A stretch of DNA of 63,245 nucleotides, filler included, from Chiloscyllium plagiosum (GCF_004010195.1; 4 parts of one record of this genome joined end to end with filler, not necessarily neighbours in it); one strand, 5' to 3'. Positions 23,687 through 36,849 are shown, numbered from the whole stretch's first letter. Made by a program: numbers and translations. Notes: generated from the sequence alone by a model not told the origin.

Positions 23687-25045
23687 GAAGTTGAAAAGTG
23701 TGGTGCTGGAAAAGCACAGAAGGTCAGGCAGCATCTGAGCAGCAAGAGAATTGACATTTCAGGCATAAACTCTTCATCAGGAATGTGGGGGAGGGGGAAG
23801 GGCCCTCAGAGATAAATAGGAGGGTGTGAGTGAGACTGGGGGGAAGGTAGCTGGGAAGGCGATGGGCAGATGCAGGTGAGTGGTGATGGTGATAGGTCAG
23901 AGAGGAGGGTGGGACAGATAGTGAGAAGTAAAATGGACAGGTAGGACAGTTCCAGCCGAGTTGGAGGGTTGGATCTGGAAGGAGGTCAGGGAGGGTAGAT
24001 GAGGAAACTGGTGAAATTGATGTTAATGTCATGTGGTTGGAGGGTCCTAAAGGCAGACGATGAAGCATTTCTCCTCCAGGTGTCGGGTGGCCTAGATTTG
24101 GTGGTGGAGGAGGCCCAGGGCTTGCATGTCCTGAGCAGTATTGGAGGGGGAGTTGAAGTGGTGGGACACAGGGCAGTGTCCCAGAAATATTCCATGAAAT
24201 GTACCGCCAGTTGGCGTCCTCTCTCTCCAGTGTAGAGGAGACCACATCAAGAGCAACGGATGCAATAAGTGAGGTGATTAGATGTGCAGGAAAATGTCTG
24301 CTAGATGTGGAAGGCTCCTTCAGGGCGCTGAATGGAGGTGGTGGGGAAGGTGTGGGTACAGGTTTTACACCTCTTGTAGCTGCAAGGGAAGATGTTGGGA
24401 GTGGAGGGTGGGTTGGTGGGGGTGTGTTTACCTAACAAAGGAGGGAATAGTCTTTGCAGAATGCTGATTGGGGTAGGGAGGAAAATATATCTCTGGTGGT
24501 GGGGACTGTAAGTGGTGAAATGGCAGAGGATAGTGCACACTATCCAAAGATTAGTGGGGTGGAAGGGGGGCGGGGGCGGAGTTTCTATCATTGTTTCAGT
24601 TGATGGTTGGGGTTCAAGCACGGAGGTGCAGGAGGTGGAGGAGATGTGCTGGAGGGCATTTTTGACTACATGGGAAGGGAAATTGCAGTCCTTGAAATAG
24701 GAGGCCTTCTGGGATATCCTGGAGTGGAATTGCTCCTCCTGCGAGCAGATACGGCAGAGGCAGAGGAATTTGGAGTAAAGGTCAAAAAGTGTGGCACTAG
24801 AAAAGCCCAGCCAGTCAGGCAGCATCTGAGGAGCAGGTGACCCAACATTTTGAACTTATGCTCTGACCGTCAGTCCTATCTATGCATTTTATAATTTTAT
24901 AGATTTCTATCAATTCTCATGAAGAGCTTATGTTCGAAATGTCAACTCTCCTGCTCCTCGGATGCTACCTGACTAGTTGTGCTTTTCCAGCAACACACTT
25001 TTTGACTCTCATCTCCCGCATCTGTAATCCTCATTTTCTCCTAAT
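23687..25045 (-). mobile_element. PLE family A composite: pLTR-ORF(GIY-YIG)-pLTR on minus plus an inverted tailed pLTR (24915-25045), inserted in a CR1 LINE (~23580-26305, +)
   Basis: ORF 24301-24825 RICSQEEQFHSRISQKASYFKDCNFPSHVV..CSYKRCKTC. Direct pLTR copies at 23687-23785 and 24775-24835. Confidence 0.82.
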
Positions 25046-25359
25046 TGGGAATAAGGGATGATTTAGTTGAAAATGTAAATGGCTGGGTTAGTAAATTTAC
25101 AGATGATCCAAAGATCAGTGGAATTGTGGATAATGTAGGATGTTGCAAAAGGATACAGCAGGATATTGATCAGTTGCAGATATGGGCGGAGAAATGGCAA
25201 TTGGATTTAATCCGGGTTAAGTGTGAGGTGCTGCACTTTAGGAGATCAAATATAAAGTAAAAGAATATAGTTAATGGCAGGACCCTGCACAGCATTGAAG
25301 TACAGGGATCTTGGGGCTCAAGTCTATAGCTCCCTGAAAATGGCCACGCAAGTATATTT

Positions 25360-25654
25360 TTAGATTAGATTCCCTACAGTGTGGAAACAAACCCTTCAGC
25401 CCAAGTCCACAGCAACCCTCCGAAGAGCAACCCACCCAAACCCATTCCCCTACTCCTAATACTACAGGCAATTTAGCATATCCAATTCACCTGACCTGCA
25501 CATCTTTGGACTGTGGGAGGAAACGAGAGCACCCGGAGGGGATCCACGCAGACACAGGGAGATTGTGCAAACTCCACACAGACAGTTGCCTGAGGCAGGA
25601 ATTGAACTCGGGTCTCTGGCGCTGTGAGGCTGCAGTACTAACTACTGTGCCACC
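25360..25654 (-). mobile_element. HE1-type V-SINE nested in CR1 LINE
   Basis: Reverse complement of the HE1 consensus; tagattagat tail. Confidence 0.9.
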
Positions 25655-27093
25655 TCAATTGGTAGATACGGTGGTAAAGAAGGTGTATGGCATGCTTGCC
25701 TTTATTGGGTCAGGGAATTGAGTACAAGTCAGGATGTCATGTTGCAGCTTTATAAGACTTTGGTTAAGCTACACTTTGAGTATTATGTTCACTTCTGACT
25801 AACAAATTACAGGAAGGATGTGGAGGCTTGGGAAGAGGGTACTGAAGAGGTTTATCAGGATGCTGTCTGGCTTAGAGGATATGAGTTATAAAGGGAGGCT
25901 AGAAAAGCTCGAGTTGTTTTCTCTTGATTGGGGAGGCTGAGAGGAGATTTAATAGAAGTCTATAAAATTATAAGATGCATAAATAGGGCTGATGGTCAGA
26001 ATTTTTTTTTCCCAGAGTTGAAATGTCTAATATTAGGGGGCATGCATTTAAGGTGAGAGGGGGAAAAGTTCAAAGGAGATGTGAGGAGCAAGTTTTTTAC
26101 ACAGAGTGGTAAGAGTCTGGAACACACTGCCAGGGGTGGTGATTGAGGTAGATATGCTAAGGGCATTTAAGGGACCTTTAGATAAGCACATAAATGTGCA
26201 AGTAATGGAGGGATATGGACCAAAGGCAGGCAGAAGAGATTAGTTTCATTTTCCATCATGTTCGTCAAAACATCATCAAGATGTGTTGCACAATTCTATA
26301 TTCTATGCCTCAATGTTCACCTTGACTCATTGAAATCTTTTATCCAGTACAGGTATATTATATCAATTGTGCAGTTATGACAGGATTGCTAGTATACACT
26401 GAAATTGGCTTGGTCACAACTTATGAAATTCAAAGCACAACAACTGTGGTGGAACAGACTACATGCGACCCAATTGCATCAGTCCAAATTAAAGACATTC
26501 TCGAAGTTAATCTGTTACACTTTGTTCAGAGCGTGTGAACCCTTGCAATTGGCAACTGCCAAATATGACCAACCACAAGAGTTACAATAGACCATTATCG
26601 AGTGATAATGGCAAAATATTGCAGATGCTGGAAATCTAAAACAAAGAGAACACGAAAGGAATTCAGCAGGTCTGACCTGTCCATCTTCCTTCCCACCTAT
26701 CCGCTCCACCCTCATCTTTGACTTATCACTATTCCCCCACCTCCGTCCACCTACTGCACTCTCAGCTACCTTAACCCTGCCCCTGTACCCCCTCCCATTC
26801 ATCTCACCAACCCCTCGGGTCACAGCCTCATTCCTGAAGGACTCTTGCTCCTTGGATGTTGCCTGACCTGCTGTGCTTTTCCAGTACTACACTCTTGACT
26901 TAGCATCTCTGTACAGGCAAACAAAGTTAATTTATGAATCCAGTCAAACAGGCCTCAAAATATTAACTCTATTTCTCTCTCCACAGATGCTGCCAAGTCT
27001 GCTAAGCTTTTCCAGAATTATCCAAGGATGGCCTGATTGCATTAAGAAAGTGTTTGAGCACAGTCATTCAAAGATCTATGTGGTCTATCACAA

Positions 27094-27375
27094 ACAGTAC
27101 TAGGGACCCAGGTTCGATTCCAGCCTTGGGCGACCATCTGTGTGAATTTTGCACATTCTCCCCATGTCTGTGTGGATTTCCTCCGGGTGTTCCAGTTTCC
27201 TCCCATGTTCCAAAAAAAAGGTGCAGATCAGGTGAATTAGCCATGCTAAATTAGCCATAGTGTTCGGTGCATTAATCGGAGGGAAATGGGTCAGGGTGGG
27301 TTACTCTTCGGAGGGTCGGTGTGGACTTGTTGGGCCGAAGAGCTTGTTTCCACACTGTAGGGAATCTAATCTAAT
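27094..27375 (+). mobile_element. HE1-type V-SINE (5' clipped) inside the Gypsy fossil
   Basis: B box ggttcgattcc, V domain, taatc tail. Confidence 0.88.
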
Positions 27376-27583
27376 GCCAGAAGCGATACCCAGGATATCA
27401 TGACTATGTTCCATCCGTGATGCATGGGTATTGAACAGACAAGACAGTGAACCCTTGAGTCTGTGTCACAAGCAGAGATGAACTCAGAGTTTCAATTATT
27501 CATGAATGCACGTGATACATGTCAAACACATCAACTCAAGCAGCAGATGGAACCTCTACATTAAAACAATGTTCCATCCACTT

Positions 27584-27892
27584 AGATTTAGATTACTTAC
27601 AGTGTGGAAACAGGCCCTTCGGCCCAACAAGTCCACACCGACCCTCCGAAGAGCAACCCACCCAGACCCATTCCCCTACAATTACCCCTTCACCTAACGC
27701 TATGGGTAATTTAGCCCAGCCAATTCACTTAACCTGCACATTTTTGGACTGTGGCAGAAAACCGGAGCACCCGGAGGAAACCCACACAGACACGGGGAGA
27801 ATATGCAAACTCCACAAAGACAGTTGCCTGAGGCGGGAATTGAATCCAGGCCTCTGGCGGTATGAGGCAGCAGTGCTAACCACTGTGCCAAT
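27584..27892 (-). mobile_element. HE1-type V-SINE with 8-bp TSD inside the Gypsy integrase
   Basis: TSD atccactt at 27576-27583 and 27893-27900. Confidence 0.92.
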
Positions 27893-28644
27893 ATCCACTT
27901 CTTGGATGAAAACAACAACAGATTTATTAACAGTGTATAATGAAGATAACTTCCTTATGACAGATTAGTTCTCAAATTTTTCCACTATTTGATGACATAG
28001 AAACATAGTAAGTATAACCATCACTGAAACAATGACTGTTATTTTCAGTTTATTTGGTTTATCAGAATGGATCATGCCTGACAAAGCACCATTGTTTACT
28101 GACAAGATATTTCAAGATGTGTACTAAGTGATCCAGAGGACATTGTCATCCCTTTATCTTTGCTCAAATGGCCCATTAGAACATATAACACATACTATTA
28201 AATTTATGATCATTGAGTGCCAAGCAATAAAACAACATTTTCACTTTGCATTGCTGAATCTTTGTGCAATAAACAAAGAAAGGATGCACCATCCCTAGCA
28301 TAACTTATGCTCAGAAAGTGATTGCAAATGACTGTGCTGAGACACAGGACATTCTTCTTCAAAGACATAGGGGAATGAAAAAGATGCACATTGAGTGAGC
28401 AGTAGAGAACTTCAAACCTGCATTAGGCAGAGTGAGAGTTCAAAATCTAATCACAAACACCAGCAAGGTTTCTCCAATATGCAGTAATTCTCGATCATAT
28501 TAAATAGTTGCTTATAATGGGGCTACATTGTGAAGGAAGAGAAGCCTAGCTCAGACAAATAGATGACATTCCAGTTATTTATGAAAAGAGTGAAGAAAAA
28601 CATTCCAAAGATGATGATTATGCAATGATGTTGAGTAACAGCAT

Positions 28645-28952
28645 TCCCAAACAAGACAAGCCAGGGAACTATAGACCAATGAGCCTGACCTCGGTGGTGG
28701 CAAGTTGTTGGAGGGAATGCTGAGGGACAGGATGTACATGTATTTGGAAAGGCAAGGACTGATTAGGGATAGTCAACATGGCTTTGTGCATGGGAAATCA
28801 TGTCTCACAAACTTGATTGAGTTTTTTGAAGAAGTAACAAAGAAGATTGATGAGGGCAGAGCAGTAAATGTGATCTATATGGACTTCAGTAAGGCATTCG
28901 ACAAGGTTCCCCATGGGAGACTGATTAGCAAGGTTAGATCTCACGGAATACA
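28645..28952 (+). mobile_element. Young CR1/HER1 RT fragment (runs into gap)
   Basis: DKPGNYRP..SQHGFVHGKSCLTNLIEFFEEVT..IYMDFSKAFDKVPH. Confidence 0.92.
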
Positions 28953-29052
28953 NNNNNNNNNNNNNNNNNNNNNNNNNNNNNNNNNNNNNNNNNNNNTTAA
29001 TTAATTAANNNNNNNNNNNNNNNNNNNNNNNNNNNNNNNNNNNNNNNNNNNN

Positions 29053-29500
29053 CTCCCATTCCACCAAGGATATGCAGGTCTTTGGATTCCTCCATCGTCA
29101 GACCACAGCGAAACGACGGTTGGATGAAGAACGCCTCATCTTCCGGCTAGGAACGCTCCAACCACAAGGGATGAACTCGGGTTTCACCAGTTTCCTCATT
29201 TCCCCTCCCCCCACCTTGTCTCAGTCAAATCCATCGAATTCAGCACCGCCTTCCTAACCTGCAATCTTCTTCCCGCCCTCTCCGCCCCCACCCCAGTCTG
29301 ACCTTTCACCCTCACCTTGACCTCTTTCCACCTATCACATTTCCGACGCCCCTCCCCCAAGTCCCTCTTCCCTACCTTTTATCTTAGCCTGCTGGACAAA
29401 CTTTCCCCATTCCTGAAGAAGGGCTTATGCCCGAAACGTCGATTCTCCTGTTCCCTGGATGCTGCCTGACCTGCTGTGCTTTTCCAGCAACACATTTCCA
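29053..29500 (+). mobile_element. PLE family A 3' part (GIY-YIG C-terminus, C-rich UTR, pLTR)
   Basis: DMQVFGFLHRQTTAKRRLDEERLIFRLGTLQPQGMNSGFTSF. Confidence 0.88.
29413..29440 (+). ncRNA. Minimal hammerhead ribozyme motif (family A), intact core
   Basis: CTGAAGA-A-GGGC-TTAT-GCCC-GAAA-CG-TC. Confidence 0.75.
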
Positions 29501-29504
29501 ACCA

Positions 29505-29875
29505 TAGAGAGTTTGCCCCAAAATCCATTAATTCCATTTTTGCCCAGACTCCTTAATGCCAAGGTTGAATGCAACCTTATGGTCACGGACTGACATTCTC
29601 ACCTCACTTCTGGAATTCAGCTGTTTTGTCAATGTTTGAAGCACTGCTGAAAAAGTGCCAAGAGCTGAATAGCCCTGACAGAGCCCAAACTGGGCATCAG
29701 TGAAAATCTTGTGGCTGAGCAGATGCAGCGTAATAACTCTGTAATAACACCTTCATCACTTTATTGATTGTCAAGAGTAGACTGATGGTATGGCAATTGG
29801 ACGGGTTGCTTTTGTCCTGCTTTTTGTGTACAGAACATACCTGGATAATTTTCCATATTGTTGGGCAGATGCCAC
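29505..29875 (-). mobile_element. L2/CR1-group LINE RT fragment (old)
   Basis: GICPTIWKIIQVCSVHKKQDKSNPSNCHTISLL..INKVM. Confidence 0.7.
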
Positions 29876-29989
29876 TAATATCTAGTCTAATATCAGTAAA
29901 CATACGCCTACCCCTTGTGTTCCTAATGGGGTTTAAATGCAGAGGTGTTATTGACAACTGTAGAAATCTTCCTATCTGGATAGATCACA

Positions 29990-30985
29990 GCAGAGTATCG
30001 CAACTGATCTTCCCAAGACCACAAGAAACTGCAGAGAGTCATGATCACAGACAGTCATAGAGTGATAGAGATGTACAGCACGGAAACAGACCCTTCGGTC
30101 CAACGTGTCCATGCTGACCAGATATCTCAACCCAATCTAGTCCCACCTGCCAGCAACCGGCCCATATCCCTCCAAAGCCTTCCTATTCATATACCCATCC
30201 AGCTGCCTGTTAACTGTTGCAATTGTACTAGCCTCCACCACTTCCTCTGACAGCTCATTCCATACACATATCACCCTCTGTGTAAAAGGTTGCCCCTTAG
30301 GTCTCTTTTATATCTTTCCCCTCACCCTAAACCTATGGCTTCTAGTTCCGGACTCCCCCACCCCAGGAAAAATATTTTGTCTATTTACCCTAACCATGCC
30401 CCTCATGGTTTTATTAACCTCTATAAGGTCACCCCTCAGCCTCCGATGCTCCAGGGAAAACAGCCCTAGCCAAGTCAACCTCTCCCAAAACTCAAATCCA
30501 CCAACCCTGGCAACATCCTTGTTAATCTCTTCTCAACCCAATAAAGGAAAGCATACCAAAGCATACCAAAAGCTTTGCGGACATGCTTGGAGAGATCATC
30601 TTTTAATCTCCAATTTTATTCTCTTAAAAAGGTGAAATTTCTCCACTGGTTGGTACAGCGTGTAGCATACATACAAAAGCAGCTCCCTTCATTGGCAGGA
30701 GATTAAATATTCAGTCCTTCCATCACCAGTGCACAGTGGCAGCAACGGTTACTACTTTACGGGCCAGTCTATCACAGAAACTAGCCTCCCATCCACTGAC
30801 CCCATCAATACTTCCTGCTGCATTGAGAAGCAACCAACATCATTAAAGATTCCTCCCACCCCAGTTATACTCTCTTCCACCCTCTTCTATTGGGCAGAAG
30901 ATATAAAAGTTTGAATATGTGTATGAACAGATTCAAGAACAACTTCTTTCCTACTGTTATCAGACTTTTGAACAGACCTCATAAA
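29990..30985 (+). mobile_element. Rex1/Babar-type LINE 3' end, interrupted by a CR1 3' fragment (30052-30540, -)
   Basis: QDHKKLQRV..|QSITETSLPS.D.INTS.C..K..IIKD.SHP.Y.LF..L..GRRYKSL....NRFKNNFFPTVIRLLN. Confidence 0.7.
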
Positions 30986-31043
30986 TGTGCTGGGCGCCCC
31001 ATCATTGAAGATGAGTTTATTTGTGGACCCTCTTCCTACAGTG

Positions 31044-31251
31044 TTAAAAATCACACAACACCAGTTTATAGTCAACAGGTTTAATTGGAAGCACTAGCTT
31101 TTTGAGCATTGCTCCTTCATCAGATGGCTGTGATAAAGGAGCAGCGCTCGAAAGCTACTATTTCCAATTAAACCTGTTGGACTATAACCTGGCGTTGTGT
31201 GATTTTTAACTTTGTACACCCCAGTCCAACACCGGCTCCTCCATATCACAA
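31044..31251. mobile_element. PLE family B fold-back mini-element, 14-bp TSD
   Basis: TSD ctcttcc(t/a)acagtg at 31030-31043 and 31252-31265. Inverted arms joined at two decayed hammerheads (31094-31158). Confidence 0.9.
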
Positions 31252-32419
31252 CTCTTCCAACAGTGAGTTGCTTAATTTCCACCACCATTCACAATAAGAT
31301 CTGATCCTTGTTTGGAAAATTGCTTTGCTCTATCACTTGGTGCTCATGCTGTTGGTGCTGCAAATAGTCCTGTGTTATAACTTTACCAGATTCATTGCTA
31401 GAAGGATATGTCATTTTGATGAGACCATAAAACTAAATCCTTGTTTTGTCTGCTCAGATGAATGTAAAAGACGTGATAGCCCTCTTTTGAAGACATTAAG
31501 GGAGCTATTTACATGTTCGGGTTAGTACTTTTCCCTCAATAGACAGCACAAAGACAGATTAGCTGGTCATTACTAAGTACAGATCGACTGCTGTGTATAT
31601 CACACAGGAGCATAGTTCAAAAGCCGATGTTGACTGTAAAAGTCTTTGAGGCATGTGATGGTCAAACATAGTGCTACAGAAACACAATTTTTTTCTTTCT
31701 TTTAAGAGTTCATGAATATGGTGGAAAAAAATCCAGACTTCTTATGTTGGCAGTGGAAATATGAATCAGATCAACATAAAACAGCTGATCGAGTTGTGTT
31801 CCACTGTGAACATTACCAAAAGAGATTTAAGCTGCCTGAAACTTCACCCTCTTCAATGCTTACATTTCTGTCTCATCCAAAAATAGCAAATGCAATGGAT
31901 ACTGGCACCTATTGTGTGGTAGGACCTCATACTGTGCTGTCTATCCACTTTCTGCTGTGGGACAACTTCTGCTGTAAGGCACCTCTAATAGTAAGCCAGC
32001 TTGGCATTATATGGGGCTGGGAGGTGGAAGCAGCAGACCTGACTAGAAAGGAGAACTGAAGTTATGAGGAGCATCATGAACTTTTGAGGATTTCAGTGGT
32101 AAGAGATGGGAAATAAAGTGAAGGTTCCCCTGCTGACTTGGTAACAATGGTGGAAACAGAAAACCAAAGGATGGAACATATAGTAACAAAGGTGAGGTTA
32201 TACAAGTAAAGAAGAAAAGAAATAAACTGTGGAACACCACCTTCATATGTCCTATTAGATCATTCCATCCCTGTAAAAATGTTCTAGTTAAAATACAATC
32301 TGCAACTGCATCTTGCATTATCTCTCGCCAGTCATATTTTACAACTAACCTTGGAATCAGTAGTCCATTTCAGGAGAGTGGATTCCCCTCACTTCATAGC
32401 TATGTGTCCATAGTTACAC

Positions 32420-33080
32420 ATTTACTGGTTTCAAATATCACCTCAAAATTCCAGACTGACACATCAGTGTAGTACTAAGTGTCATAGAGTCACAGTATGG
32501 AAACAGAACCTTTAGTCCAACTCGACCATGCTGACCAGATATCCCAACCTAATCTAGTCCCATTTGCCAGCATTTAGCCCATATCTCTCTAAACCATTCC
32601 TATTCAAATACCTATCCAGATGCCTTTTAAATGTTACAATTGTACCAGCCTCCACCATTTCCTCTAGCAGCTCATTCCATACATGCACCGCTCTCTGTGC
32701 GTAAAAATTGCACCTTAGGTCCCGGTTATATCTTTCCGTTCTCACCGTATAAACCTATGCCCTCTAGTTCTGGACTCCATCCCAGGAAAAAGACTTTGTC
32801 TGTGCTGTATTGTTGGAAGAGCAGTCTTTCACATGAACTGTTAAACCGAGGTCCATGTCTGCCTGCTGAGCTAGATGTGAAATATTTCACAGCATTATTT
32901 TGAAGAAGAGTACGTGCGTTTTTCCTGGTGCCTTAATTATTATTTACGCCAAGATCAACATCATGAAATGAATCAAATTCTCTGGTCATTATATCACAGA
33001 CATATGTGAGAATTTGCTTAGTGCACGTTAACATTTGTTCAACCTGCAGCAGTGATTGTACTTCAAAAAATAAACTTTTA
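32420..33080 (+). mobile_element. DeuSINE (SacSINE1-like) split by a CR1 3' fragment (32481-32800, -)
   Basis: gtctttcacatgaactgttaaaccgaggtccatgtctgcc...ttttgaagaagag...ctggtcattat. Confidence 0.7.
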
Positions 33081-33524
33081 AGTGAAGTACAGTACATCTA
33101 CAGGTTTCCCTTATCCATGTTGCATGTTAGTTCCTCAAATAACTCTAACAAATTAGTCAAGTATGAATTTCCCTTTCACAAAACCATGTTAACTCTGCCT
33201 GACTGCATTAAGATTTTGTATGTGCACTACTAATCGTCTTAATGACAGATTTGAGCATTTTCCACATCATAGCTGTTAGACTATTTAGCCTGTAATTTCT
33301 TGTTTTCTGTTTCATTCCTTTTTAAAAAGAAGTGTCCCATTCACTATTTGCGGAATCTTTGGAATTTTTGAAAATTAAACCCAATGCATCTATCAGCTCA
33401 GCTGCCATTTATTTTAATCCCTCGGATGAAGTCCATAATAATCTGGAATTTACCAGCCTTGAATTTAAAACCTTATTACCCTTTCCCTGGTGTTTTAAGA
33501 TCCTCCCTCCCTTTCTTCTCTTGA

Positions 33525-34005
33525 TTCGGAGATGCCGGTGTTGGACTGGGGTGTACAAAGTTAAAAATCACACTACACCAGGTTATAGTCCAACAGGTTT
33601 AATTGGAAGCACACTAGCTTTCGGAGCGACGTTCCTTCATCAGGTGATTGTGGAAGGCTCGATCGTAACACAGAATTTATAGCAAAAATTTGCAGTGTGA
33701 TGTAACTGAAATTATACATTGAAAAATTGATTGTCTGTTAAGCCTTTCATTTGTTAGAATACAGTGATAGTTTCACTTCTTTCATGTGTAAATCACAAAA
33801 CCCTTTTTTTTAAAAGTTGCATTCTTGGGTTAGCTGTTAACAATGGTGATAGCTAGACAATATGTTGAAGGTGTTAGCCCCCTGTGTTCTCAGTCTATGC
33901 CATGATGTTTAGATTGATTCTAATCTAAAAAGTGAGATAACAGAGTTTTCACTGCATACATTTATGTAGAACTCTGAGCTCAAAAACTGCATGAATTTAT
34001 GTAAA
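33525..34005 (-). mobile_element. PLE family B 3' UTR/pLTR with tail; hammerhead motif at 33615-33643 (-)
   Basis: Reverse complement of 39750-40102. Motif CAC-CTGATGA-A-GGAAC-GTC-GCTCC-GAAA-GC-TA-GTG with one stem II mismatch. Confidence 0.88.
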
Positions 34006-35404
34006 CTCCTGGTTTACAATAATTTCTGGATGTATTTGTGTCATCTACATTGAAGACAAATGTAAAAACTGTTTTCTGAAACAGCTGCCTCCTTCTGGGA
34101 CAAAAGAGAAGTTCTGTGTCCCATTCTGAAAGTTAATCCCAGTGGCAGTGTAGTGCTCGCTGGACAATGGAGTGTGAGATCACAACCTGCTGAGCTGAAT
34201 GGAGAAACAGAATTATTTAAAGTGAGATTCAGGCTGAGGCAAGTACAGGTACTGTGAATCGGAGAGAGATATTCTTTCATACCTTTATTCACTTGAAAAC
34301 GGGAATAATTTGAAAAGAGGTCATTAGTGGAAGATTACAAAGGAACATGAAAAATTGATGCAAGGCATCGGTGAGCCACTCGTAGGAAACACCTGTTGAA
34401 TTATTGATAGCTTTCCATACAGGCAGATGGATATAAATATGCTGACAAAATACTGAGGACAGTAAATCTTAAAGACAGCTGTAGCACAGACGGCAGACCA
34501 TAAAAAAGGGAAGAATATCGCTATATCCAGAATCGAGATGAATGAGTTCATAACATTGTTTTGCAAGGCAATTTCATGCCATAACTGCATTAATCTTTAT
34601 CAATCACCAGGGCCAATAATGATGCTGCGGCTTGTTAATAGATATTCAATTTGGAGCTGATATTGCTGCTGTTGTGAGCAAAGCAATTAATTTATTTGAC
34701 GTTCTGATTTTGAGATGCAAATTGCTGTAAATGGGCATGTAGTTTGCCTAGCACAGCAAGTCTGGCCAGAAAAATGCACATTGAAATCTTCCCACATGAA
34801 GGCACAGAAGCACCAACCTGTGATCTTGTCACTTGTCCAGCACTGCCAATTTTTGTTGACTATTCCACTGAAGTGTAGCAAAGCTTATTACTGTGTAATT
34901 ACAGCAGTGATAGCAGGTAGCTCCACCTGCTTATTATTTAAACAGGCCCATTCATTGTTCTGAAAGACCACTGTGAACTCACCCATGTTCGGCATTTGTG
35001 AACCCAACAGCTGTCATTGTCCCAAAATGAGCAAATACCAAACTTTACCCTAAATGGTTGCTACCTCGATATTTATTCATGATTAAATAGAAAAGGAAAA
35101 ATGTCAAGAAAAGAACCGTACTAATTATATTAGGATATGAAGTAATAAATAATGTGCAGTTTTATAGCACCTGTCACAACTTCAAAGAGGATCACAGGCC
35201 CTTCACAACCTATTACAACGAGTACCTGCATTTCCTAGGCGTACTGAGATTTTTAAACTGGCTTTTCCCTCTGGGAAGGCAAATTGTTCACTTTTAATCT
35301 GACCTGGATTGAATTCTGATCCATATTAGATGATTCGATACCATTCGAGAAAAATGATGGATTTTGTGAGACTCCAGCCTAACTTAATAGATGATAGATT
35401 GCTA

Positions 35405-36125
35405 TAGAATTCAACACACAACATATAGCATGGAAACAGACCCTTCAGTTCAACCAGTCCATGCTGATCATGATCCCAAACTAACATAGTCCCACCTGCC
35501 TGCTCCTGGCCCATATCCTCCAAAACATTTCCTACTCATGTACTTATTCAAATTACTTTAAAATATTTTAATTGTACCCACATTCACCACTTCCTTAGGA
35601 AGTTCATTCCACACATGAACACCCTCAATGTAAAAAAATTGCCACTCATATGTTTTTTAAAATCTCTCTCCTCTCACCTTCCCCCTAGTCTTGAAATTCC
35701 CCATCTCAGGAAAAAGACAACTATCATTACCTCTATCTATATCCCTCTTTATTTTATAAATGTCTTAAAGGTCACATTTCAATCTTCTATGTTCCATTGA
35801 GTAAAGTCCCAGCATATCCAGCCTTTCTTTATAACTCAAATATGCCATACCCAGCAACATCCTGGTAAATCTCTTCTCAAGCCACTCCAGATTACTAATA
35901 TCATTCCAATAACTGGGCAACCAGAACTGGACACAATATTCCATAAGAGGTCTCACCAATGTATTGTACAATCTCAACATGACTTCCCAACTCCTATACT
36001 CAAAGGACTGAGCAATGAAGGCAAGTGTGCCAAACACCTTTTTAACCGTCCTGTCTATATGTGACACAATCTTCTCAGATTATGTACCTGAAAGCCAAGG
36101 TCTATAACACTACCCAGAATCCTAC
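35405..36125 (-). mobile_element. CR1 LINE 3' fragment
   Basis: ORF 35765-36067, LYNTLVRPLMEYCVQFWLP. Confidence 0.88.
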
Positions 36126-36249
36126 CAAAAATGCAGTACCCTTCGTTCTCTGATTACATGTTTTAATGGGAGGAAAACTGGGCATATCTGTAAATCTGGA
36201 ATTATCTAATTTGACACTCACTTATCTAAAAGCAGTGAAGTTCTTTGCT

Positions 36250-36849
36250 AGCCTATTACCCGCCCTCAACACTTCGTACTGGCCTATGACCCGCCCTCGA
36301 CCTCTTCATTTCCAACTGCTGCTGGTTCATTAGGGTTTATGCCCGAAATGTCGATTCTCCTGTTCCTTGGATGCTGCCTGACCTGCTGCGCTTTTCCAGC
36401 AACACGTTTTCAGCATTAACCATCTCAACCTGTTTATCCCACTCCAACCCTCCAACCTCTCACCCTCAAAATGCGCAGCCCTCCAACCCCTCTGATCCAA
36501 TCCCGACCTCACCATCAAGCCAGCAGATAAAGGGGTCGCAGTGGTAGTCTGACCTCTATACTGCTGAAGCCAGACGCCAACTCGAGGACACCTCTTCCTA
36601 CCGCCCCCTCAACCATGACCCCACCCCCCCCAATCACCAAACCATCATCTCCCAGACCATACAGAACCTCATCACCTCAGGAGATCTCCCACCCACAGCT
36701 TCCAACCTCATAGTCCGGGAACCCCACACTGCCCGGTTCTACCTCCTTCCCAAGATCCACAAGCCTGACCACCCTGGCCGACCCATTGTCTCAGCATGCT
36801 CCTGCCCCACCGAACTGATCTCTATCTACCTCGACACTGTCCTATCCCC
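36250..36849 (+). mobile_element. PLE reverse transcriptase N-terminal fragment with a pLTR piece inserted at ~36332-36413
   Basis: PALDLFISNC..PDLTIKPADKGVAVVV..EARRQLEDTSSY..ARFYLLPKIHKPDHPGRPIVSACSCPTE, typical PLE RT motifs. Confidence 0.88.

Larger units (their letters stand above)
26310..28640 (+). mobile_element. Fossil Gypsy/Ty3 LTR-retrotransposon pol (post-RNase H region, HHCC zinc finger, integrase core), interrupted by PLE and SINE insertions
   Basis: Reconstructed: DILEVNLLHF..LQLATAKYDQPQELQ*TII|QGWPD..|FHP*CMGIEQTRQ*TLESV..ARDTCQTHQ..VPST|SWMKTTTDLLTV..MTD*FSNF..IFSLFGLSEWIMPDKAPLFT..SSLYLCSNGPLEH..TIK..ALLNL. Confidence 0.8.

Noticed and set aside
31044..31251. Fold-backs read as DNA-transposon MITEs or pre-miRNAs
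   Set aside because: Arms match PLE termini attached to GIY-YIG coding remnants, and TSD lengths vary (10-16 bp) as in retrotransposition.
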